Below, piece after piece: positions 51,036 through 60,500 of a DNA stretch of 64,000 bases. Position numbers and translations under genes: made by a program. How positions within the stretch are numbered: position 1 is the first letter of the stretch; every line of letters begins with the position of its first letter. The DNA is from an uncultured Gammaproteobacteria bacterium. Its GTDB lineage: Bacteria; Patescibacteriota; Patescibacteriia; CAZGFX01. Location of the stretch: positions 139,823-203,822 of the forward strand of contig CAZGFX010000001.1 of NCBI GenBank assembly GCA_964524845.1. Direction: 5' to 3'. A model generated the notes under the pieces. It was not told the DNA's origin and ran no database searches. It worked only from the letters and a program-made list of their open reading frames with translations.

Positions 51036-51097
51036 TTTATTATCGGAGTTGTCCTATATACATAGGTATGTAGTGCGACATAGATACATAAATAATG

Positions 51098-51128
51098 GAA
51101 AACAAAAATACACGAGTAGTTCGTGTTT
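51098..51128 (+). terminator. Rho-independent terminator (acacgagtagttcgtgt followed by T7)
   Basis: Hairpin with T-run downstream of the tRNA-Ser array. Confidence 0.7.
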
Positions 51129-51232
51129 TTTTAAACAAAAATAATATTACTTTTAAACAGTTTTTTATATAAAACAATAGCAAAATATTAAAAGTCTGAT
51201 TTTTGTGATATTATGGTCTTAATCTATTACAT

Positions 51233-51661
51233 ATGACGAACGAGCAAAAACATACCGAGGTCGTTGTTGGTGTGTGCATATACAATGAACACGAAGAAGT
51301 TTTTCTTGCGCGATGCCCGAAATGGGAAAATAAATGGAATGTTCCAGGCGGACATCTTGAGTACGGAGAAAAAATAGAAGAGTGTGTAAGGCGCGAGACA
51401 AAAGAAGAGACAAATCTTGATGTAACGGATATTAGAATCGTTGATGTTCAAGAGTCTGTGTTTTCAAAAGAATATAAAAAAGGAGAACAGCATATGATTT
51501 TAATCGGATGCTGTTGTAAGAAAACGAGCGACGAAATTATTCTCAACGAAGAATTAGAAGAATACAAATGGATCGAGCCAAAAAAAGCATTAGAAACGCT
51601 TGATATGCCATCAAACGCGAAACAACTCATCAGAAATTTTATTAAATTTATTGCAAAATAA
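51233..51661 (+). CDS. NUDIX hydrolase
   Basis: Nudix box GGHLEYGEKIEECVRRETKEETNL. Confidence 0.85.
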   Translation: MTNEQKHTEVVVGVCIYNEHEEVFLARCPKWENKWNVPGGHLEYGEKIEECVRRETKEETNLDVTDIRIVDVQESVFSKEYKKGEQHMILIGCCCKKTSDEIILNEELEEYKWIEPKKALETLDMPSNAKQLIRNFIKFIAK

Positions 51662-51780
51662 AAAAACACCAATTATTAACACAACAAAAAACCACTAAAA
51701 CAACTTGCTTTTTCGGCTTAAAGAGTGTAGACTTCGCACAATGCTAATAAAACACAACTTAATCAAATATATTATTTTAT

Positions 51781-52341
51781 ATGGGAAATTTTCAAGGAGG
51801 GGGCAGTAGAAGGGGAGGTTTTGGTGGTGGCAGACCAAGTTTTCAAAAAAAGAGCTGGGGAAATGATAGAGGGGGTGGAGACAGAGGAGATAAAACTCTA
51901 TTTAGAGCTACATGTAGCGACTGTGGACAGTCTTGTGAAGTTCCTTTTCGTCCAACAGGTGAGAAACCAGTATATTGCTCTAATTGTTTTAGCAGTAAGA
52001 GAGGCGGTGGTGATCGAGGATCGCGCCAAGATTTTGGTAGCCGCGGACCAAAAAGAGAATATAATGACAGACCAGCACCACGTGCTGATTTCGCACAAGC
52101 ACCCGCACATGATGATGTTAAAAAGCAGTTAGGAGAAATTCGTATTAAACTTGATCGTCTTATCGGTGCGATAGAAAAATTAACAGGAACAAAAACAGAA
52201 ACACGAGCCGAAACAAAGACTGAAGCAAAGAAAGATGTGCCCGTTGAAAAAAACACTCCTGTGGTTGTTTTAAAAGAAAAAACAAAAAAAGCATCTGTTA
52301 AGTCTGTCACTAAGAAAAAGACGGCGGCAAAAAAGAAATAA
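51781..52341 (+). CDS. RGG/Gly-Arg-rich protein with a CxxC...CxxC zinc ribbon and a Lys-rich tail; putative RNA-binding protein
   Basis: N-terminal GGGSRRGGFGGGRP, ribbon CSDCGQSCEVPFRPTGEKPVYCSNC, C-terminal K-rich tail. The overlapping ORFs 51821..52132 and 51843..52403 are alternate-frame artefacts. Confidence 0.65.
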   Translation: MGNFQGGGSRRGGFGGGRPSFQKKSWGNDRGGGDRGDKTLFRATCSDCGQSCEVPFRPTGEKPVYCSNCFSSKRGGGDRGSRQDFGSRGPKREYNDRPAPRADFAQAPAHDDVKKQLGEIRIKLDRLIGAIEKLTGTKTETRAETKTEAKKDVPVEKNTPVVVLKEKTKKASVKSVTKKKTAAKKK

Positions 52342-52357
52342 TAATCGTCTTTTATAG

Positions 52358-52390
52358 TAAAAACCCTCGTGTGAGGGTTTTTGTTTTTTG
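52358..52390 (+). terminator. Rho-independent terminator (aaccctcgtgtgagggtt followed by a T-run)
   Basis: Hairpin with T-run after the RGG gene. Confidence 0.7.
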
Positions 52391-52484
52391 GTAAATATTT
52401 CAATTATGATAAAGCTTTCCCGATTTTTTTCGAATATCCAATATATTTCGACAAACACTATTTTTTGCGATAAACTATAATTAT

Positions 52485-53708
52485 ATGAATAAAAACAAGC
52501 AACCAATCGGCCCAGATTTTTCAGGCTTGGGCATCGCACCAAACCTAATGAATATTGTGGCCCAATTAAATTACAAAATTCCCACTCCGATTCAACGTCA
52601 AGCAATTCCAATCGCTTTGCAAGGCAAGGATCTCGTTGGAATAGCACAAACCGGAACAGGCAAAACCTTGGCTTTTGGTATTCCGTTGATTCAACTCCTT
52701 CATCAAACAAATACCGATGGTGGTTTGATCGTTGTACCTACTCGTGAATTAGCACTTCAGGTCGATGAAACATTACGTAAAGTTGGTTCAAAACTCGGAT
52801 TAAAAACTGTTGTGCTTATCGGCGGCACTCCTATACGTCCACAAATTCAAGCTCTCAATCGTAATCCGCATGTTATCATCGCCACCCCAGGAAGACTCAA
52901 TGATCATCTTGAACAAAGAACTGTTGGCCTAAAACATATTAAAATGGTCGTTTTAGATGAGGCGGATCGTATGCTCGATATGGGTTTTGCTCCGCAAATT
53001 AAGAAAATTTTTCAAGCATTACCAGCCGAAAGACAAACAATGCTTTTCTCCGCCACACTTGCACCTGAAATCATGAAGATGGCGACCAGTTTTTTAAAAC
53101 TACCGATTCGCATTGAAATTGCGCCAACCGGATCAATAGCCGAACATCTCACTCAGGAAATATTTATTATTCATAAAGATGATAAAGTGAGGTTAGTGGA
53201 AAAACTTTTACAACAATATGTGGGTGCGACTCTTATTTTTACAAGAACGAAATACGGCGCAAAAAAACTAACCCGAGCAATCATGGATATGGGCCATAAA
53301 GCAGTAGAAATTCATTCCAATCGCTCTCTCTCTCAACGCAGAGATGCTATGGCTGGTTTTAAATCTGGCAAGTATCGTGTTTTAATAGCTACTGATATAG
53401 CTTCTCGCGGTATTGATGTTACCGGAATCGAGTTGGTTATCAATTTTGACTTGCCTACCAATACCGAGGATTATGTTCATCGAATAGGTCGCACCGCCAG
53501 AGCTGGAATTACAGGTCATGCCATATCCTTGGCGACTCGCGAACAACGCAAAGAATTGCGCGATATTGAACGCCTGATCAGAAAAACACTTCCGATTTCT
53601 CCGATACCTGAACTACCACCAAAACGACAACATAAGTTTGTACCGGAAGACAGACCAAATCAGCGCTCATTCCATCCTCAGGGTCGAGGTCGCGGAAGAA
53701 GAAGATAG
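52485..53708 (+). CDS. DEAD-box ATP-dependent RNA helicase
   Basis: Q motif, AQTGTGKT, DEAD, SAT, HRIGRTARAG, and a short RGRGRRR tail. Confidence 0.95.
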   Translation: MNKNKQPIGPDFSGLGIAPNLMNIVAQLNYKIPTPIQRQAIPIALQGKDLVGIAQTGTGKTLAFGIPLIQLLHQTNTDGGLIVVPTRELALQVDETLRKVGSKLGLKTVVLIGGTPIRPQIQALNRNPHVIIATPGRLNDHLEQRTVGLKHIKMVVLDEADRMLDMGFAPQIKKIFQALPAERQTMLFSATLAPEIMKMATSFLKLPIRIEIAPTGSIAEHLTQEIFIIHKDDKVRLVEKLLQQYVGATLIFTRTKYGAKKLTRAIMDMGHKAVEIHSNRSLSQRRDAMAGFKSGKYRVLIATDIASRGIDVTGIELVINFDLPTNTEDYVHRIGRTARAGITGHAISLATREQRKELRDIERLIRKTLPISPIPELPPKRQHKFVPEDRPNQRSFHPQGRGRGRRR

Positions 53709-53732
53709 ATATAATTAAAATATGAACGCAAT

Positions 53733-54083
53733 ATGTATTCAAAAATACTTGTTTTAGTCTTAATCTTTGTTGGTGAGGCATTGGCGATTTATGCGGAAAT
53801 GATTGGAGCGCGAACCCACCATATTGCCTCACAACCACTTTTACAAATATTTTTAAAAATGTTTTTATTAAGCACTATAGCAGGTGGTTTTTTAATTGCA
53901 GGATATATTTTTGGCTTTAAAGCATTCAAAAACATTTGGATTGTAAGCGCCGTTTCGATAACTTCAATTCTAATAATCGAACCCATTCTTGCTTGGACCA
54001 TATTTCAGCAAACACCAACAACAGGGGCTATAATCGGATTCGTTTTGGGAACTGTTGGAATCCTTTTTTCTATCTTTTTATAA
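53733..54083 (+). CDS. Small integral membrane protein, possible partner of the adjacent lycopene-cyclase-domain protein
   Basis: Four hydrophobic helices; 24 nt upstream of the next gene. Confidence 0.5.
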   Translation: MYSKILVLVLIFVGEALAIYAEMIGARTHHIASQPLLQIFLKMFLLSTIAGGFLIAGYIFGFKAFKNIWIVSAVSITSILIIEPILAWTIFQQTPTTGAIIGFVLGTVGILFSIFL

Positions 54084-54095
54084 ATTAGTCCATTT

Positions 54096-54407
54096 ATGTT
54101 TGAATATCTTATAGTTTTGATTATATTATTGTTAGTGACAATAATACTTGAAAAAACCCAACATATTAATCTTTATTTTAATCGAAAAGAGAGACTCGAG
54201 GTTGTTGGATTGTTTTTTATTATCGGTGTATTGTGGGATACTTTTGCAATTTGGAGAGGTCACTGGTTTTTCCCTCCGGATAGAAATATCGGAATTACCA
54301 TAGGCCTGATGCCTTTAGAAGAATACTTATTTATGCTTATACTTCCCTATTTTATTATTACAATATATAAATTAATCGATTCGAGGTTTAAAAAAAATAT
54401 TAAGTAA
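54096..54407 (+). CDS. Lycopene cyclase domain-containing small membrane protein (CrtYcd-like)
   Basis: GLMPLEEYLFML (the PxEE(Y/F) motif of the lycopene cyclase domain); 103 aa with 3 TM helices. Confidence 0.55.
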   Translation: MFEYLIVLIILLLVTIILEKTQHINLYFNRKERLEVVGLFFIIGVLWDTFAIWRGHWFFPPDRNIGITIGLMPLEEYLFMLILPYFIITIYKLIDSRFKKNIK

Positions 54408-54427
54408 AATTTATTTATAACTCAAAA

Positions 54428-54463
54428 TAAAAAAACACCGGCTCGTAGCAGGTGTTTTTTTGT
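54428..54463. terminator. Bidirectional terminator between convergent genes (acaccggctcgtagcaggtgt followed by T7)
   Basis: Hairpin with A-run and T-run flanks. Confidence 0.6.
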
Positions 54464-54480
54464 TTCTTTATTTATTTTTG

Positions 54481-55218
54481 TTACTTCTTTACAAAGCCCT
54501 CAAGTGCTTTTAGAATTTCCATAGGTACCATATAAACAACCGTGTTCGACTGGTCAGACGACATATCATTAATGGATTGTAGTGTGCGAAGATGAAGTGC
54601 TCCTGGAGACTGCGCAAGTATCGTAGCCGCTTTAGACATGTTTTGCGCGGCTGCTAACTCACCTTCCGAAGTGATTATGACAGCTCTCTTTTCGCGTTCA
54701 GCCTCAGCTTGTTTACCAATGGTTCTCTCCATATCAGCCGGTAAACTGACATCTTTGAGTTCAACATTTTGGACTTTGAGACCCCAAGCGTCGGTTTCTT
54801 TATCAACTATCTCTCTTATACGATCGGCAATCTTGTCTCGGCTTCCAAGTAATTCATCAAGTGTCACTTCTCCTACAATATTACGCATTGTCGTCTGAGC
54901 ATATTGAGATATAGCATATCTGAAATCTTCTACTTCAATAATTGCTTTTTCAGCATTGTTCACCTTGTAATATATCACGGCGTTAACTTTCACAACCACG
55001 TTATCTCTTGTAATAGCGTTTTGATCCGGAACATCCACCGCTTTTACACGAATATCAACCTTTTGATATGTTTGAACAATAGGTAAAACAACTCTCCATC
55101 CTGGCTCCATAATTGATGTAAACTTACCAAAAGTAAATCTTACCCCTCGTTGATACTGATTAATCTGACGGATACTTATTAATACAAGAATTATGATAAT
55201 AATTATAAAATAATACAT
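54481..55218 (-). CDS. SPFH/band-7 (stomatin/prohibitin-like) membrane protein
   Basis: N-terminal TM helix then the SPFH core (...RGVRFTFGKFTSIMEPGWRVVLP...). Contains the segment VSLPADMERTIGKQAEAEREKRAVIITSEGE. Confidence 0.9.
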   Translation of the reverse strand: MYYFIIIIIILVLISIRQINQYQRGVRFTFGKFTSIMEPGWRVVLPIVQTYQKVDIRVKAVDVPDQNAITRDNVVVKVNAVIYYKVNNAEKAIIEVEDFRYAISQYAQTTMRNIVGEVTLDELLGSRDKIADRIREIVDKETDAWGLKVQNVELKDVSLPADMERTIGKQAEAEREKRAVIITSEGELAAAQNMSKAATILAQSPGALHLRTLQSINDMSSDQSNTVVYMVPMEILKALEGFVKK

Positions 55219-55299
55219 ATAAAAATTATTAAATTAATACTGCGTTCAAAGTATACTCTACTTGTTAATTTAGTAAACAATTGTTTTGAATTAAAATAA

Positions 55300-55340
55300 A
55301 AATGAAAAACGCCTCATTTTTTTGAAGCGTTTTATTTGTA
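55300..55340. terminator. Terminator hairpin (aacgcctca...tgaagcgtt) with T-runs on both strands; it serves the minus-strand gene ending at 55360
   Basis: 8/9-bp stem followed by a T-run on the minus strand. Confidence 0.6.
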
Positions 55341-55359
55341 TTTATCAAATAATGAACAA

Positions 55360-55989
55360 TTAATCTGTTTCACCGATCTGGTCAGATTTTATCGTACCAG
55401 ACTCAATAAGTGCCTTATAATGATCCGGGCGTGTATTTTTTATATACACATGCACTTTTCCAAGAACGGAAACCAAATCTATGCCACGTGATTTTGCAAA
55501 ATCAATAATTTCCTGAAGTGCGCCCTCAATATCGCTTTCGCTTTTTACCATGCGTTCTATTTCCGCAACTGAATATGTGTAATCTGTGCCTGAGTACGTC
55601 ACATGATCGATGTCTATCAAAAATAATCCGTTGCGATACTTGGTGCGTGTTGTCGTGCACTCACAAAATACAGAGAAGCCGGCCTGCACGAGAACATTAT
55701 TGAATTCACTTTTGCTTGATAATTTAAGAAACTCTCGTATGTGTTTCTCTTCTTTTATTTCTTCGTAGCGATCAGCGAACTTATCCTTATTTTGACTTAA
55801 GGATACTTTTAATTCCCACGCCCCCGCCCTGTTCCGAAGCCACAAATCATTGATTGTAAGTGAAAAATTGTCAGTGTCATAATACGAATCCATAAATGTT
55901 TTTGTGTTTATCAACTCCGCACCTTCAATAAGACGATTTTCAACGCCTTCGCTGAGAACGAATTTCTTTTCGACTTCGATGTCTTGCAT
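55360..55989 (-). CDS. CYTH-domain protein (triphosphate tunnel metalloenzyme, CyaB/thiamine-triphosphatase-like)
   Basis: N-terminal IEVEKKFVL, which matches the ExExK signature of CYTH. Confidence 0.6.
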   Translation of the reverse strand: MQDIEVEKKFVLSEGVENRLIEGAELINTKTFMDSYYDTDNFSLTINDLWLRNRAGAWELKVSLSQNKDKFADRYEEIKEEKHIREFLKLSSKSEFNNVLVQAGFSVFCECTTTRTKYRNGLFLIDIDHVTYSGTDYTYSVAEIERMVKSESDIEGALQEIIDFAKSRGIDLVSVLGKVHVYIKNTRPDHYKALIESGTIKSDQIGETD

Positions 55990-56150
55990 TTTTTCTCCTT
56001 CGTTTTTTAATTTTAGTTATTGTTTATTAATTATTTTTCTAAACATATTTTTCATCTCATTTAATCATAATCCATTAAATATGTCAAATCCACATACATG
56101 ATGGTAAAAAAGTGTTATAATTAGTATATCTTAATAAAGATTTTATTTAT

Positions 56151-58367
56151 ATGAAAAAGATTCACATAATATCTATAATTGTTGGTGTAGCGACAATCGC
56201 TGTAATTGCCGGAGCGATTGTTTTCTTTACACGAAACGTAGTGGCATTAACATTCGGATCAGGGACTGATTATGCCACCGGAGTCGGACCACGAACTATA
56301 GCGATTGCCGATTTTGATGAGGACGGAAAAAATGATTTTGCTGTACCTATGTATACTGATAATACAGTAGAAATATATCTTAACCAAGGTGTCGGAATAT
56401 TCGGTGCGGCCACGACAGTTCTTGCGACAACAGGCAGAGGCGCTCAACCACTTATTCACGATGATTTTAATAATGATGGGCACGTTGATCTTGCCGTAGG
56501 AAATCGAGACGATGCAACGATTGATATTTTCCTTGGAAATGGGGATGGTACGTTTGCAATCTCAAGCACAGAATCAGTCGGGGATGATCCACTAGATCTA
56601 GCCACAGGAGATTTTGATAGTGATGGAAATAAAGATTTGGTAAGTGTTGACCTAAGTGGTCAGACAATCAGTGTTCTTATCGGACGAGGAGATGGAACAT
56701 TCGGTGGAGCGGCCACATATGCAACAGGTAGTTACCCAACAAGCATAAAAACAGCGGATTTCGACGGAGATCGAGTACTTGATATTGTTGTATCTGACTC
56801 GTGTGCCGGATGTTTTGTTCCATACAGCGCTGGAGGAATTTCCGTATTTATTGGACGAGGAGACGGAACATTTGGGGCCGCTACAGCATATGCGACAGCA
56901 AGAGGAGCCGTTGATATAACTATGGGAGATTTCAATAACGATGGAAATCAGGATATTGTAGCGGCAATACGCAATAACAATGTTGTTCAAACACTTCTTG
57001 GAAGAGGAGATGGTAGTTTCAGCAGTCTTGGAACATATTCTTCTGGCGGAACACAACCAATGGTAATAGAAGGAAAAGACATAAATGAAGATGGAATACT
57101 CGATATCACCGTTGGTAATGGATCTGGAAATATAATTGGATCTATGACTGGAATTGGAGACGGATCATTTGATGTTCCAAGAGCACGTAATATAGGAGCA
57201 TACCCGACGGATATCAAATTTTCTGATTTTGATGGGAGCGGAAAAGACGATATGATTATAAGCAAACACACATCAGATATAGTCACAATCTATTTTGAGA
57301 GCACGGCTCCAACGATAACAAATTTAAGTCCTTCAAGTGCATCAGCCGGATCTGGAGAAAGAATTATTACTGTAACCGGAGCTGGATTTTTATCAAACTC
57401 TACTGTTCGTGCGGACGGAAGCAATATTCCAACAACATATATAAATGCCACCACACTAAACGGAACCCTAAGTTCAACACTTACACAATCTGAAAAAACA
57501 ATGGATATTACAGTATATAATCCGACTGCTCAATCAGAATCATCTGAATTACAATTCTCTGTAACATCTGCTTCTGGAACAAGCGGCGGAGGTGGAGGCG
57601 GCGGAGGAACATTATCAATTTCTCTTATGCCACCAACCATGCCAGCGGAAGGATTTGATTTATTATTAAATGACGGAGCACTAACAACAACAGACAGTAA
57701 AGTAAGTGTAAAATTCATTTATACATCTCCTGAGCAGGTCGAACCAATAGCAAAACAATATGCGATTTCAAATTCTCCTGAATTTCCAAATAGCAATCTC
57801 ATACCTCTTGATGGTGTGCCGACAGATGGTTTAGTATGGAATATTTGTGATGAAGGATCAGAATGTTTAGGTGGAGATTATACCGTCTATGTCAAATATT
57901 ATACGGAATGGGGTAAAACATCTGATGTAATATCAAAAACAATCACCTATTCACCTTTGACCAACACAACATTACCTACCACAACACCAACAATTGTTCC
58001 GACTCTTGAAAAGCCAGTACTTCCGACTACCACGGTACTTCCAACTCCTCCGGCACCAACAACTCCAAAAGTTTCAGAAATACAGAAATCAAAAATCACC
58101 TTTGCATCAGATTTACGTTTTGGTATGTGGGGAGATGATGTAAAGAAACTACAAACCACCCTTAATTCACTTGGTTTTACAGTTGCAGAAAAAGGAGCTG
58201 GTTCTTCAGGAAAAGAAACAAATTATTTCGGATATGCGACGCTTGCTGCTGTCAAAAAATTTCAAACCGCATATGCAAATGACATTTTAACTCCAAATGG
58301 CATTTCTAAAGCAACAGGAAACTTTGGAACAAACACAAGAAACAAAATGAACGAACTATTAAAATAA
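56151..58367 (+). CDS. Membrane-anchored FG-GAP/VCBS repeat beta-propeller protein with a Thr/Pro-rich linker and a C-terminal peptidoglycan-binding domain (PG_binding_1)
   Basis: Seven repeats of the type DFDEDGKNDFAV, FNNDGHVDLAVG, DFDSDGNKDLVS, DFDGDRVLDIVV, DFNNDGNQDIVA, DINEDGILDITV, DFDGSGKDDMII. C-terminal GMWGDDVKKLQTTLNSLGF...LAAVKKFQ. Confidence 0.85.
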   Translation: MKKIHIISIIVGVATIAVIAGAIVFFTRNVVALTFGSGTDYATGVGPRTIAIADFDEDGKNDFAVPMYTDNTVEIYLNQGVGIFGAATTVLATTGRGAQPLIHDDFNNDGHVDLAVGNRDDATIDIFLGNGDGTFAISSTESVGDDPLDLATGDFDSDGNKDLVSVDLSGQTISVLIGRGDGTFGGAATYATGSYPTSIKTADFDGDRVLDIVVSDSCAGCFVPYSAGGISVFIGRGDGTFGAATAYATARGAVDITMGDFNNDGNQDIVAAIRNNNVVQTLLGRGDGSFSSLGTYSSGGTQPMVIEGKDINEDGILDITVGNGSGNIIGSMTGIGDGSFDVPRARNIGAYPTDIKFSDFDGSGKDDMIISKHTSDIVTIYFESTAPTITNLSPSSASAGSGERIITVTGAGFLSNSTVRADGSNIPTTYINATTLNGTLSSTLTQSEKTMDITVYNPTAQSESSELQFSVTSASGTSGGGGGGGGTLSISLMPPTMPAEGFDLLLNDGALTTTDSKVSVKFIYTSPEQVEPIAKQYAISNSPEFPNSNLIPLDGVPTDGLVWNICDEGSECLGGDYTVYVKYYTEWGKTSDVISKTITYSPLTNTTLPTTTPTIVPTLEKPVLPTTTVLPTPPAPTTPKVSEIQKSKITFASDLRFGMWGDDVKKLQTTLNSLGFTVAEKGAGSSGKETNYFGYATLAAVKKFQTAYANDILTPNGISKATGNFGTNTRNKMNELLK

Positions 58368-58395
58368 GTTATTTTGATACGGTTTTTGTGTAAAA

Positions 58396-58428
58396 GTAAA
58401 AAGCTCTTATAAAAAGAGCTTTTTATTA
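58396..58428 (+). terminator. Rho-independent terminator (aaaagctcttataaaaagagctttt)
   Basis: Perfect 8-bp stem with a T-run. Confidence 0.75.
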
Positions 58429-58473
58429 ATATATAAAGGTGTATAATCGTGATATAAACTATTATATAATCAT

Positions 58474-58920
58474 ATGTCAGAAGAAAAAAAGAAAGTTGGC
58501 GCAGGGTTTGGAGTTATGATGATGAAAGATGGAAAAGTCTTATTAGGAAAAAGACACGAGGATCCAGAAAAAGCTGATAGCGAACTAAGTGGAGAAGGAA
58601 CGTGGACCATGCCTGGTGGAAAAATAGAATTTGGCGAATCATTTGAAGAAGGGGCCATGCGCGAAGTACGAGAAGAAACAGGAATAACGCTGAAAGACGT
58701 CTCTGTTATATGTGTTAACAACGACATGACGGATAAGGCTCATTTTGTAACTATTGGTTTGTTCTCAGAAAATTTTTCAGGAGAACCACGAGTTATGGAA
58801 CCAGATGAGATCACAGAATGGGGATGGTTTAATATTGATGAATTACCTGCCCGTGTGTTTTTTCCAAGCGCAAAAGTTTTGGAAAATTATAAACAGAAAA
58901 GGTTTTATATCTCCAAATAA
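58474..58920 (+). CDS. NUDIX hydrolase (second copy in the window)
   Basis: Nudix box MPGGKIEFGESFEEGAMREVREETGI. Confidence 0.85.
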   Translation: MSEEKKKVGAGFGVMMMKDGKVLLGKRHEDPEKADSELSGEGTWTMPGGKIEFGESFEEGAMREVREETGITLKDVSVICVNNDMTDKAHFVTIGLFSENFSGEPRVMEPDEITEWGWFNIDELPARVFFPSAKVLENYKQKRFYISK

Positions 58921-58942
58921 TTCCGTTATTTTAAATTTATAT

Positions 58943-59416
58943 ATGAAATCAATTATTATATATTACTCATTAACCGGAAACACTAGACTTATCGCGGAAA
59001 CAATCGCTAATGAAACCAGAGGAGATATTATGGAATTGAAAACAAAAGAAGAAAAAATACAACCAACTGGTTTCATGAAATACGTATGGGGAGGAAGACA
59101 GGTCATATTCAGAAAAAAACCAGAGCTTCTGCCACTAAATAAAGACATTTCAACATATGACATGATTTTTATAGGAACCCCGGTATGGGCTTTTACATAT
59201 ACTCCTGCATTAAGGACTTTTTTTGATATGATAAATATTCGTGATAAAAAAATTATATTATTTTGCACTCATGAAGGAGGTAAAAGAAACACTCTTCAAG
59301 ATATGCGCGAAAAATTAAAAGGAAACACAATTGTCAAAGAGATTGATTTTTTTAATGTTGCTAAAAATAAAACAGAAAACATAGAAAAAGCAAAACAACT
59401 AGCTAGAGAATTTTAA
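58943..59416 (+). CDS. Flavodoxin
   Basis: MKSIIIYYSLTGNTRLIAETIA is a flavodoxin N-terminal signature. Start chosen at ATG 58943 rather than the track's 58754, which overlaps the NUDIX gene. Confidence 0.8.
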   Translation: MKSIIIYYSLTGNTRLIAETIANETRGDIMELKTKEEKIQPTGFMKYVWGGRQVIFRKKPELLPLNKDISTYDMIFIGTPVWAFTYTPALRTFFDMINIRDKKIILFCTHEGGKRNTLQDMREKLKGNTIVKEIDFFNVAKNKTENIEKAKQLAREF

Positions 59417-59476
59417 ATAAAAAACCGAATCTAAAAACCTTCCAGATAATTCCTATAAATAAAAACAAAAGAATTC

Positions 59477-60463
59477 TTATCCTTTTATGAAGGAATAAAC
59501 TAAATATGCTATATAAAATAAGATGAAAATAGCACCGTGGTGTCGTTCAAGAAAATATTTTTTTCCTGAAAGTATACATATAAACAATAAAACAGTTGCT
59601 ATAACCCCAATTAAAATATCAAAATTTACACCTGAAATCGGTGATAACGAATGAATACATGCGCTGATACCAAGTACATACAGTAAATTAAATAGATTCG
59701 ATCCTATGATGTTTCCTATTGCTATGCCGCTTGATCCGCGAAAAATAGCTGTAATTGAAGCGGCGAGCTCGGGAAGAGACGTTCCTATTGCCACCACAGA
59801 AAGCGCTATTGCTCGCTCTGATATACCAATTTCCCTAGCCAAGTGCACAGCTCCATCAACAACCCAGTTTCCTCCTATTCCAAGCATGCATAAACCAATA
59901 ACAATAAAAAACAGTGCTTGCCACGATGTTTTTTCAGTATGTTTCAAAACAGCGGCGTGTTTTTCGTGAAAATTTCTTTTTGCAATAACTATCGTGTAGT
60001 AGATAAACAACGCAAAGAAAGCAAGCAGTATCAATCCGTCATACTGAGTCAATTCAGATCGCGCGCCACCGTCGAAAAGCGCATCATTGGATAATACAAA
60101 TAATATTCCGTATGACAGAATAAGAAACGGAAGCTCTCTCCAGACGGTGGCGCGCACCATGGCAATCGGATAAGAAATAGACGCAATACCTCCTATAAGC
60201 AAAATATTTGCGATGTTTGATCCTAAGATATTTCCAAAAACAATACCCTCCTCTCCTCTAATAGATGCCAAAATATTTACAATAAGTTCCGGAGCGCTTG
60301 TTCCAATTGCAACAATCGTTAATCCAACAACAAATTCGGACAATCCGTGACGACGCGCTATTGAAACAGATCCATCAACAAGCCATCGAGCTCCATACAA
60401 TAAAAACAAAAATCCAAGTACAAAACTTATATATATAAAAAATGATGAGTTTAATAAATCCAT
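59477..60463 (-). CDS. CaCA family cation/Ca2+ antiporter (YrbG-like)
   Basis: Two alpha-repeats, GTSAPEL and GTSLPEL; about 10 TM helices. Confidence 0.9.
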   Translation of the reverse strand: MDLLNSSFFIYISFVLGFLFLLYGARWLVDGSVSIARRHGLSEFVVGLTIVAIGTSAPELIVNILASIRGEEGIVFGNILGSNIANILLIGGIASISYPIAMVRATVWRELPFLILSYGILFVLSNDALFDGGARSELTQYDGLILLAFFALFIYYTIVIAKRNFHEKHAAVLKHTEKTSWQALFFIVIGLCMLGIGGNWVVDGAVHLAREIGISERAIALSVVAIGTSLPELAASITAIFRGSSGIAIGNIIGSNLFNLLYVLGISACIHSLSPISGVNFDILIGVIATVLLFICILSGKKYFLERHHGAIFILFYIAYLVYSFIKG

Positions 60464-60500
60464 ACAATAATAAGTATTGGCCGTTATTGCAATATTAACA

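Noticed and set aside
51821-52403. Overlapping ORFs (103 aa plus, 186 aa minus) across the RGG gene
   Set aside because: These are alternate-frame or antisense artefacts of the G/R/K-rich repetitive coding sequence. The RGG plus zinc-ribbon frame has the coherent domain structure.
58754-58942. Extended start of the flavodoxin ORF overlapping the NUDIX gene
   Set aside because: The flavodoxin signature begins at the ATG at 58943 (MKSIIIYYSLTGNT). The upstream extension overlaps the NUDIX CDS in another frame and encodes non-flavodoxin sequence.
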